From NCBI GenBank assembly GCA_964457045.1, contig CAYWDP010000005.1:1-33826 (forward strand): DNA of 33,826 bases, written 5' to 3'. Positions 1-6,679 of the stretch are shown here, piece by piece. The position numbers and the translations under genes are program-made. Each line of letters begins with the position of its first letter. Position 1 is the stretch's first letter. Source of the DNA: an uncultured Dehalococcoidia bacterium. Lineage in GTDB: Bacteria > Chloroflexota > Dehalococcoidia > UBA2247 > RBG-13-53-26. The notes under the pieces were generated by a model. The model did no database searches and was not told where the DNA came from. It saw only the letters and a program-made list of their open reading frames with translations.

Positions 1-55
1 CTAACATGCCACCCTGTCACGGTGGAGATCAGGGGTTCAAATCCCCTCGGGGTCG
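1..55 (+). tRNA. tRNA-Asp (anticodon GTC); the 5' acceptor/D-arm part lies outside the window
   Basis: Anticodon stem CCACC (9-13) pairs with GGTGG (21-25). Loop is CTGTCAC with anticodon GTC at 16-18. Variable loop AGATC, T-arm AGGGG-TTCAAAT-CCCCT (31-47), acceptor 3' strand CGGGGTC (48-54), discriminator G55. The gene continues CTT, so CCA is not fully encoded here. Confidence 0.8.
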
Positions 56-56
56 C
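32..56 (+). repeat. 25-nt direct repeat, copy 1 (T-arm plus acceptor 3' strand of the tRNA-Asp gene); putative att core
   Basis: GGGGTTCAAATCCCCTCGGGGTCGC is identical base for base to 2366-2390. Confidence 0.9.
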
Positions 57-472
57 TTAGGTAGATTTCATTCGATATACATACTCCGCTCTGCTCGACC
101 TCGGATAATAATGGGCTCTTGCCCTTTCGTGTTTGATTGCCCTCGCCCCGCAGCAAACGTGGCCTCCTAAAGGCATAGAATGGGCCAAAGTTGCCCGTAG
201 ACTATGAACCAAGAGGGATTTGGGGTATCGGTTGTTCTAGCAACCCTCTTGTTTTGCGTCTCAGTGAATTGCGCTACTTGTCGCCTTGAGCGGTTCCCTA
301 GTGCGTTGATTTCCTACCGACCCGAAGCCGATAAGCAGACACACTGACTGCCAGAATCAACCGGACCCCTCCCCAACCGCAGCACCCATTATCCACCAAG
401 CGAACTCTTCGCCAGGTACCACAGGAGTGTTCGCGTTCACCCCCTCCAACGTCTAGAAGTGGACTAGCGAAG

Positions 473-1108
473 TCAGTCGCTAAGCCTGAATGGCGGATAG
501 TGGTCAGTGGTCAACAAGAAAGCGTATGCCAGCACCCTCAAATACCATCGAAGAACACCAACCACGAAGTCAAATAGATCTTTCGGGTAGCGGGCGGTAA
601 GCAAAATAGCAAACCAGGCAACTATTACCACTACCAGAGCAGCGATGCCGAGGAACCAGAGAACGATATAGTGGGGAATTGCCAAGAACCATTTGACCAG
701 TGGCAACCAGCGATTAAGTCCCTCCTTGGCATCTGGATAGGGGATGTCAAGGTGAACTGCCTGCTCTTCGTCAGTTGAAGGATATTCATCCCTCAATAGC
801 GCAATATAGGCGGCAAAGCGAGTAAGAAACCTGGCTATTGCTAGATTCCAGTCAAACCACCACCTGGGGTACTTTTGCCGGAACAGGATCATTAGCACTG
901 TCGGTAGAAAGATAAATCCACCCAGGATATAGCCCTGGAACCTCCAGGGAGCCTCCTCCCAGGCGAATGTAGCACCGATAAGAAAGCCCAAGACGATCCA
1001 GATGGGAATTGCCGCGAAGGGCCTAAAGAACGTGGTTAGCTTGCTCAGATCTCTATCCGGGTAATCAATGGACAGGCTCGCTGGGTACTCGGTTGAAGTT
1101 TCCGTCAT
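473..1108 (-). CDS. Integral membrane protein, DUF4389-like (family assignment from memory of the family, not searched)
   Basis: 211-aa ORF. ATG at 1108 is preceded by AAGGAGGTG (reverse complement of 1114-1122) with a 5-nt spacer. Two pairs of hydrophobic helices, each followed by a W/Y/P-rich segment (KYPRWWFDWN, ARYPKDLFDF, DHYPPF). Confidence 0.6.
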   Translation of the reverse strand: MTETSTEYPASLSIDYPDRDLSKLTTFFRPFAAIPIWIVLGFLIGATFAWEEAPWRFQGYILGGFIFLPTVLMILFRQKYPRWWFDWNLAIARFLTRFAAYIALLRDEYPSTDEEQAVHLDIPYPDAKEGLNRWLPLVKWFLAIPHYIVLWFLGIAALVVVIVAWFAILLTARYPKDLFDFVVGVLRWYLRVLAYAFLLTTDHYPPFRLSD

Positions 1109-1355
1109 AATAGCACCTCCTTACTGCTTTGATTGCTTGGACTACGTCAGCAAACCGGGGCAGGTATCCACGGCCAAAGAATGAGCCTGACGATGGTAAG
1201 ATCGATCCAAATTACTTCGCCAAGCCACTGCAGATACCCTATACCATCCTCTCCTCTCTCCTACGATAGAGTCTTTTTGTCATGACCCCCTCCTCTTACG
1301 TCTTGTTCAGCGGATCGTTACCGTCGAGATGTCTTGAATCGAACCCGCCGTGTAC

Positions 1356-2048
1356 TCAAGACGAGACTGTGGATTGCTCTCTTCCTTCAGACCTGCGTAC
1401 CGCCAGGACGACCATGACAATACCAGCTACCAGCAGCACAGCCCCTCCGGCGACAAACCCCACACCTGTACCGAAGAGCCAGGGAAGCTTCACTCCAAGC
1501 ACCACGCTGAGATCGACGCTGGCAGAGCCGTCGTCATTCATCAACACGAGCACCCATCTGCCTGTCTCAAGTTCCAATTCTAGAGTCTGGGTTCCAGAAC
1601 CATGTGTTGACTCTGCCCAGAAAGTTTGAGTCGTGGGTGGCGCAGGCGTAGAGGTACCCGGCCGATTTCTATACTCCAACCTCAGAGGGTTGATCTCGAG
1701 ATCTATGACCTCGTCATGCTCAATGTCTGTCAGGTAGTCCCCCACATCTCCTTCTTCACCTAGCCCCATAAAAACGTTCTTCGAGGGATCATTGTTTAAA
1801 CCCTGCACCTTGAATTTCGCGAGATCGCTGAAATCCCATATCCACCATGAGCTGTGAATAATCGCAGGCTCAGAAATGACAGCATAGGAATCCTTCTCGA
1901 TCGAGAAGGTCTCTGTGTTATAGTAGCCCTCGTCATCTGTTAGGGCACCGTTTGCCCAGAGGGCAGCTCCACCGACACCGACAAGGACTAGTCCGCCAAT
2001 TACGGCGAGGGATCCGAAGATCAGGAGTAAAATCTTTCCTGTGCTCAT
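1356..2048 (-). CDS. Hypothetical membrane protein with N- and C-terminal TM helices flanking a ~150-aa acidic ectodomain
   Basis: ORF track gives 1356-2054 with a GTG start. The ATG at 2048 has better spacing, with GGAGG 7 nt upstream. TM1 is ILLLIFGSLAVIGGLVLVGVGGAALW and TM2 is GVGFVAGGAVLLVAGIVMVVLAV. I recognise no family. Confidence 0.55.
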   Translation of the reverse strand: MSTGKILLLIFGSLAVIGGLVLVGVGGAALWANGALTDDEGYYNTETFSIEKDSYAVISEPAIIHSSWWIWDFSDLAKFKVQGLNNDPSKNVFMGLGEEGDVGDYLTDIEHDEVIDLEINPLRLEYRNRPGTSTPAPPTTQTFWAESTHGSGTQTLELELETGRWVLVLMNDDGSASVDLSVVLGVKLPWLFGTGVGFVAGGAVLLVAGIVMVVLAVRRSEGREQSTVSS

Positions 2049-2161
2049 GACCACGCCTCCTCTCCTCTATGACATTTTGGGCAGAGTACCACACAAGTGA
2101 TGGTCTGTCAATACCCTAAGAGAGCAGTTCCAGCCAAATCGGAACATGAATCCTTCACGGG

Positions 2162-2374
2162 CTATGAACCAGTTGAGCTGAGCAGTGCCCTCCTCACCGC
2201 CTCATGCGATATGCCATATTCCTTGGCCAACTGGCGGAGGCTCTTGATCTTGTGTTGCTGAATGACGCCTGACCACGATGATGGAGGTAGCTTACACCGT
2301 GAGACAGTGATCTCCTTGACGTATGGGCATAGAAGGTCTACAATGTAGGCGGTGTATTGCACATGGGGGTTCAA
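2162..2374 (-). CDS. Small helix-turn-helix ORF, possibly a truncated remnant (sigma-70 region-4 / resolvase-type HTH)
   Basis: The C-terminal segment LPPSSWSGVIQQHKIKSLRQLAKEYGISHEAVRRAL looks like an HTH. The only long-ORF start is a TTG lying inside the tRNA-fragment repeat, which is suspicious. Confidence 0.3.
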   Translation of the reverse strand: MNPHVQYTAYIVDLLCPYVKEITVSRCKLPPSSWSGVIQQHKIKSLRQLAKEYGISHEAVRRALLSSTGS

Positions 2375-2390
2375 ATCCCCTCGGGGTCGC
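2366..2390 (+). repeat. 25-nt direct repeat, copy 2: orphan tRNA-Asp 3' fragment, putative att core
   Basis: Identical to 32-56. It is followed by CA (2391-2392), giving an encoded ...GTCGCCA end. The sequence upstream (2340-2365) has no anticodon arm, so this is a fragment and not a second tRNA. Confidence 0.9.
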
Positions 2391-2478
2391 CAACAATCGG
2401 CAACTTCTTGCTTTGGGTCGGTAAAGGTATATTAGATGGTCAGTTCCTCCTCGCTTAGTCTCATTCCTCTTAATACAT

Positions 2479-2573
2479 CACCTTGGCGGAGCCCTAACCA
2501 AGGTGGGATCGCCAAGGTTGTTCAGCAATCGAGAATTTATGTTACCCCTTCTCTTGGAAGAAGATTTCCAAGG
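2479..2573 (+). promoter_or_regulatory. Candidate structured leader or operator upstream of the trehalose cluster
   Basis: CACCTTGG (2479-2486) can pair with CCAAGGTG (2498-2505), or alternatively with GCCAAGGTT (2511-2519). A second hairpin is CTTGGAA (2553-2559) with TTCCAAG (2566-2572). The CCAAGG/CCTTGG hexamer occurs at 2481, 2498, 2512 and 2568. Confidence 0.25.
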
Positions 2574-2647
2574 GTCTTGTCGCCTCCATAAACAGTAGTG
2601 GAGTGCGATGAGGCAGTAAAGCAATTCATGGAAAGATTGAAGAGGCT

Positions 2648-3646
2648 GTGTCAGAACTAAGACAGGATTTTGCGACCAGGGAATGGGTAATAATTGCTAC
2701 CGAAAGAGCAAAGCGCCCCCATCTGTTTGCCTCTGTGAGAGGGGAGGGAGAGGTGCCAGCCTGGGATGAAAATTGCCCTTTCTGCCCTGGAAACGAATTG
2801 AGGACAGCGCCGGAGGTATTCAAAATAGAGGGAACTCAATCAAGCTGGAGGGTGAGAGTAGTGCCCAATAAATATCCAGCTCTGATCCCTGAAGGAAGCA
2901 CTACTAGGAAGGTGGAAGAGGAGTTTTTCAGGAAAATAGAAGGGGTAGGGGTACATGAAGTCATAATAGAAAGCCCCTTACACAATGGTCTCCTTGCTCT
3001 GTCGGACGAGGCACAAATAGAAGAGGTTCTTTTCACTTACCGCGCTAGATATAATGCTCTCAAACCCCTCCCTTTTATACGCTTCATCTCTATCTTCAGG
3101 AATCAGGGAGAACGCGCTGGCACCTCACTGAGACACCCCCATTCCCAGCTGGTGGGTACACCCATTGCTCCTCCCTATATTAGAAGGAAGTTAGAGATTG
3201 CCCTGCAGCATTATGATGATATGGATACCTGTCTCTACTGCGACCTTTTTCACCACGAACTGGAGGTGGGAAAAAGGATTGTAGTGGAAACAGAAAACTT
3301 CATGGTTTTTCATCCCTATGCTTCCCGATCCCCTTTCGAGACCTGGATCGCCCCTAAGAAGCACCAGACTTCCTTCGGTCTGATTTCAGATGAGGAACTT
3401 CCTGAGCTTGCTGGAGTATTGCAGGATATCCTGCTTCGCCTCTATAAGTCACTAAGTAACCCTGACTTCAATTATATGATTTGCAGCTCGCCTACAGAGG
3501 ATGAGCACAATCACTACTATGACTGGCATATGGTGATTATCCCTCGGCTGACTACACCTGCCGGGTTTGAGATGGGCTCAGGTATTTATATAAACACAGC
3601 CTTGCCAGAGGAGACGGCTGAATTTATGAAAGGAGTATGCCTATGA
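2648..3646 (+). CDS. Galactose-1-phosphate uridylyltransferase-like (class I GalT / NDP-hexose phosphorylase, HIT superfamily)
   Basis: 332 aa, GTG start after GAAGAGG. Zinc motif CPFCPGNE (C43, C46). VVPNKYPAL segment. Active-site motif H163-P-H165-S-Q167 (RHPHSQLVG). Overlaps otsA by 10 nt. Confidence 0.8.
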   Translation: MSELRQDFATREWVIIATERAKRPHLFASVRGEGEVPAWDENCPFCPGNELRTAPEVFKIEGTQSSWRVRVVPNKYPALIPEGSTTRKVEEEFFRKIEGVGVHEVIIESPLHNGLLALSDEAQIEEVLFTYRARYNALKPLPFIRFISIFRNQGERAGTSLRHPHSQLVGTPIAPPYIRRKLEIALQHYDDMDTCLYCDLFHHELEVGKRIVVETENFMVFHPYASRSPFETWIAPKKHQTSFGLISDEELPELAGVLQDILLRLYKSLSNPDFNYMICSSPTEDEHNHYYDWHMVIIPRLTTPAGFEMGSGIYINTALPEETAEFMKGVCL

Positions 3647-5121
3647 GGACAAGGGAGAGCCTACACGATTTGGTAAGGAACAAGCTGGCTGAGTACCGTT
3701 TCATTGTTGTCTCTAACCGAGAGCCCTACATCCATCAGTGGTTTGGCGACCAGATCGTGTGTGGGGTTCCTGCCAGTGGGCTGACGGTTGCCTTGGATCC
3801 GGTGATGCGTGCTTGCGGGGGCACTTGGATAGCCCACGGCAGCGGTGACGCCGACCGGGAGGTGGTGGATAGTCAAAATAAGGTCTCTGTTCCACCGCAA
3901 GAGCCGAAATATACCCTGAGGCGAATCTGGCTTACCAAAGAGGAGGAAGACGGCTATTACTATGGCTTCGCTAACGAAGCCATCTGGCCCTTGTGTCACT
4001 TCTGTTACACCCGCCCTATCTTTAACGAGTCGGACTGGAGCGTCTACAAAAGGGTGAATGAAATTTTTGCTCAAGTCGTGCTCGAAGAGGTAGGAAATGA
4101 AAAAGCCTTTGTCTTTGTGCAAGATTACCATCTAACATTGCTGCCTCGCCTCATTAAAGAGGGAAACCCCGATATTGTGGTAGTCCAGTTCTGGCATATT
4201 CCTTGGCCCAATCCGGAAGCTATCCGTATCTGCCCTTGGCATGAAGAGATCTTGCATGGGCTTTTGGGTAATGACCTCCTGGGATTTCAAGTTCGCTACT
4301 TCTGTAACAATTTCCTGGATACTATAGACTGGGCAATTGAAGCCAGGGTAGACCGGGAAAGGCATGAGGTGAGCCGAGGAGGGAAAAAAACAGTGGTGCA
4401 ACCCTTCCCCATCAGCATTGATTTTGCCCAACTTTCCCACCAGGCTCAGCAGCCGGAGGTAGATGAGGAGATGAATCGGCTCAGGAGGCAATTGGGGCTC
4501 AGCCGCGAATTCATTGGCATAGGAATAGACCGTGTTGACTATACCAAGGGTATCCCTGACCGCTTGAGGGCTATCGACCGCTTCTTTGAGAAGTATCCTG
4601 ATTACCGGGGACAACTGGTCTTTGTCCAGGTGGGGGTTCCTAGCCGCATTCACATAAGAGCCTACAAGAGCGTACACGCGGAGATAGAGACCCTGGTGGA
4701 AGAGATAAACTGGAAATATGCCTCTGGACACTGGAGGCCCATCATCTACCTTCGGAGGCACCATCTGCCTCTGACCATGATGGCTCTGCACAGGATGGCA
4801 CATTTCTGCATTGTATCTTCGCTTCATGACGGAATGAACCTGGTAGCCAAGGAGTTTGTCGCCAGTCGTTTTGACGAAGATGGAGTGCTCATCCTTAGCC
4901 CCTTTACCGGGGCTGCCCGGGAGCTCACCGATGCCTTGCTGGTAAATCCTTATGCCACTGATCACCTCGCTGAGGCTATAAGGCGAGCGCTTGAGATGCG
5001 CCCCAGGGAAAGGCGGAGGCGTATGAGACGGATGCGAAGTGTGCTTCAGGAGAACAATATATATAAGTGGGCGGAAGATATAATCTCAGAGCTGGTGAAG
5101 TTTGAATTCGGAGAGACTTGA
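3637..5121 (+). CDS. otsA: Alpha,alpha-trehalose-phosphate synthase (GT20)
   Basis: 494 aa, ATG after AAAGGAG. GT20 hallmarks are [47 protein letters not shown] and [10 protein letters not shown]. It is followed directly by a trehalose-phosphatase gene. Confidence 0.85.
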   Translation: MPMRTRESLHDLVRNKLAEYRFIVVSNREPYIHQWFGDQIVCGVPASGLTVALDPVMRACGGTWIAHGSGDADREVVDSQNKVSVPPQEPKYTLRRIWLTKEEEDGYYYGFANEAIWPLCHFCYTRPIFNESDWSVYKRVNEIFAQVVLEEVGNEKAFVFVQDYHLTLLPRLIKEGNPDIVVVQFWHIPWPNPEAIRICPWHEEILHGLLGNDLLGFQVRYFCNNFLDTIDWAIEARVDRERHEVSRGGKKTVVQPFPISIDFAQLSHQAQQPEVDEEMNRLRRQLGLSREFIGIGIDRVDYTKGIPDRLRAIDRFFEKYPDYRGQLVFVQVGVPSRIHIRAYKSVHAEIETLVEEINWKYASGHWRPIIYLRRHHLPLTMMALHRMAHFCIVSSLHDGMNLVAKEFVASRFDEDGVLILSPFTGAARELTDALLVNPYATDHLAEAIRRALEMRPRERRRRMRRMRSVLQENNIYKWAEDIISELVKFEFGET

Positions 5122-5907
5122 TTGATACACCTCTTCTCCGCTTGGCAGGAAGTTTACCCTCGGCTGAAATCAGCAGAGCATATTATATTGCTAAGCGACT
5201 TCGATGGGACTCTTACTCCCATTGTTGAGAGACCTGAGTTAGCATATCTTCCTGAGCGAACAAAGAGATTACTGCAGGATTTGACGCGCCGCCAGCACTA
5301 TACAGTGGGGATAATCAGCGGCAGGGCTCTGGGCGACCTAAAAGATAGAGTAGGGCTAAAGGGGATCGTCTACGCTGGAAACTATGGTATGGAAATCGAG
5401 TCCCCCTGGTTTAGCTTCGTAACCCCTGCTGCCGAGGAGAGTAAGCCGTTACTTCACTCGCTGTGTCAGGAGCTGAGCCTAGCCCTCGGGGCAATCAAAG
5501 GGGTGATTGTGGAGAACAAGGGGCTGAGCTTTAGCGTTCACTATCGGCAGGTGGCGGAGAGCCAAAGCGATCAGGTAAGAAGTATTGTCGGGCAAGTCAC
5601 CCGCACTGCCCGTATGCGAGGGGAGATTCAGATTACTTTCGGCAAGAAGGTCTATGAGGTCAGACCAGCGCTAGACTGGGATAAAGGGAAAGTGGTAGAC
5701 TTGCTTTTTCAGAAGAAGAGGGGGGAAAAGGAAAAGGTTCTGCCCCTTTTTCTGGGTGATGACCTGAGTGATGAAGAGGGGTTCAAGGCTATTGACAAAT
5801 ATGGTGGTATTGCTATTTTTATAGGGGAGGAAGGAGGGCAATATGGAGCTCATTATTTCCTTAGGTCTCCCGCTGAGGTGGACGAGTTCCTGGAGAAGCT
5901 GCCTTAA
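5122..5907 (+). CDS. otsB: Trehalose-6-phosphate phosphatase (HAD superfamily)
   Basis: 261 aa. TTG start abuts the otsA stop (TGA 5119-5121), with GGAGAG 8 nt upstream. HAD motif I is LLSDFDGTLTP. ISGR and GDDLSDEEGF (motif IV-like) are also present. Confidence 0.8.
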   Translation: MIHLFSAWQEVYPRLKSAEHIILLSDFDGTLTPIVERPELAYLPERTKRLLQDLTRRQHYTVGIISGRALGDLKDRVGLKGIVYAGNYGMEIESPWFSFVTPAAEESKPLLHSLCQELSLALGAIKGVIVENKGLSFSVHYRQVAESQSDQVRSIVGQVTRTARMRGEIQITFGKKVYEVRPALDWDKGKVVDLLFQKKRGEKEKVLPLFLGDDLSDEEGFKAIDKYGGIAIFIGEEGGQYGAHYFLRSPAEVDEFLEKLP

Positions 5908-6020
5908 GCTTGGTGAAGGCACTAATGAATCTGTGGGATATGCAGATTGAGATTATTGGATAATAGCATTATTCCTAACCCTATATAGAATAGGAGGCTG
6001 ATCCAGGTAGAGGTATCGTC

Positions 6021-6674
6021 TTGAAGAAAGCCACAGAACCCTTCCGTTTCTCCACCAGATTCCACCTCAAGGAACTGACCGGGCTCAAAGCAAAGAGCCT
6101 GCGCCAACTGGCTGATATGTTGCGGGAGGTTCCTGACTCTGTTATTTACTATCACACGCACCACTTTATCGAGGAGCATCATTACCTTATCCCAGAGCCG
6201 CCCAATGACTTTGCTGTATGGGTGAGGAATGCGCTAGGTGACGAGGTGCTGAGTGAGAGACTCGCCAGTATCGATACCTTCGAGTTTCCCACCTTGGAAT
6301 CCCTAAAAGAGGGGATCCTTAGCGTAATAGAAGAAAGCCTTGTCTCAAAGCGAGACCCACGGGATGCCCCTGAGGGGAGGGAATTCCACTTTGCTAAGTC
6401 GGTGAGTGTCATTCTACCCCTCCCCTATGTAGCATATGACCTTAGGGAGTTTGTGGAGGTCCTCAGAGAGGTGAGCACCCGCTGCCTCTATTTCCACATT
6501 TTTGAATCAAGGCTAAAGAATGGGCAAGGAATGAACGATTTTTCTATCTGGATGAGGGATACGCTGGGGGAAGCGGAGCTAGCGGATAAGATCTCGCACC
6601 TTGATCCATATAATTACACCTTGGAGGGACTGAGGTCGTTACTGATTCAGCTCATCGAAAAACACATCAAATAA
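6021..6674 (+). CDS. Uncharacterised protein made of two homologous ~100-aa halves (possibly DUF5752-like; from memory, unverified)
   Basis: 217 aa. The only in-frame start is TTG at 6021, because the frame opens at 5994 after a TAG. Residues ~8-106 align with ~122-216 and share FxF, LRxxxxxLREV, YxH, NDFxxWxRxxLG, LExL and IE. The gene lies between otsB and a TreT-like gene, 5 nt from the latter. Confidence 0.6.
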   Translation: MKKATEPFRFSTRFHLKELTGLKAKSLRQLADMLREVPDSVIYYHTHHFIEEHHYLIPEPPNDFAVWVRNALGDEVLSERLASIDTFEFPTLESLKEGILSVIEESLVSKRDPRDAPEGREFHFAKSVSVILPLPYVAYDLREFVEVLREVSTRCLYFHIFESRLKNGQGMNDFSIWMRDTLGEAELADKISHLDPYNYTLEGLRSLLIQLIEKHIK

Positions 6675-6679
6675 GGCTC

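Larger units (their letters stand above)
57..2365. mobile_element. Putative degenerate tRNA-Asp-integrated islet with no integrase
   Basis: Bounded by the exact 25-nt tRNA 3'-end repeat. Contains only three minus-strand ORFs and a 416-nt ORF-free stretch. No recombinase-like ORF appears in any frame of the ORF track. Confidence 0.45.

Noticed and set aside
1-30. First read of the window start as a class II tRNA (Ser-GCU) with a long variable arm, or as a CUA suppressor tRNA
   Set aside because: The CCACC/GGTGG helix with loop CTGTCAC sits exactly one 5-nt variable loop before the T-arm. It is therefore the anticodon arm of an ordinary class I tRNA-Asp(GTC). The discriminator G fits Asp.
1-56. 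Possibility that the integration target is tmRNA (ssrA), as in known Dehalococcoides islands
   Set aside because: The acceptor 3' strand CGGGGTC plus discriminator G does not match the tmRNA alanine-type acceptor (G-U third pair, A discriminator). A normal anticodon arm is also present.
400-444. Inverted repeat GCGAAC...GTTCGC just downstream of the DUF4389-like gene stop, considered as a terminator
   Set aside because: It has a 23-nt loop, a bulged stem and no following U-tract on the minus strand. This is not convincing as an intrinsic terminator.
1336-1349. T-loop-like GGGTTCGATTC on the minus strand, which might have been another tRNA fragment or att site
   Set aside because: The flanking bases cannot form a T-stem or acceptor stem. 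The motif lies at and just beyond the 3' end of the membrane-protein ORF. It does not match the 25-nt repeat.
1282-1629. Plus-strand ORFs of 115 and 77 aa overlapping the two-TM gene
   Set aside because: They are antisense to a better ORF that has an SD and TM architecture. Their composition is low-complexity and S/T/P-rich, and they have no SD.
2436-2591. 51-aa ORF (MVSSSSLSLIPLNTSPW...) in the leader upstream of the GalT-like gene
   Set aside because: It has only a weak AAGG upstream and a featureless sequence. It simply spans the hairpin region, so it is more likely non-coding leader.
4132-4965. 277-aa minus-strand ORF, plus 3661-4131 (156 aa) inside otsA
   Set aside because: Both are antisense to a gene with unmistakable GT20 motifs. 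They have no SD and no recognisable domain. Long antisense ORFs of this kind are typical artefacts.
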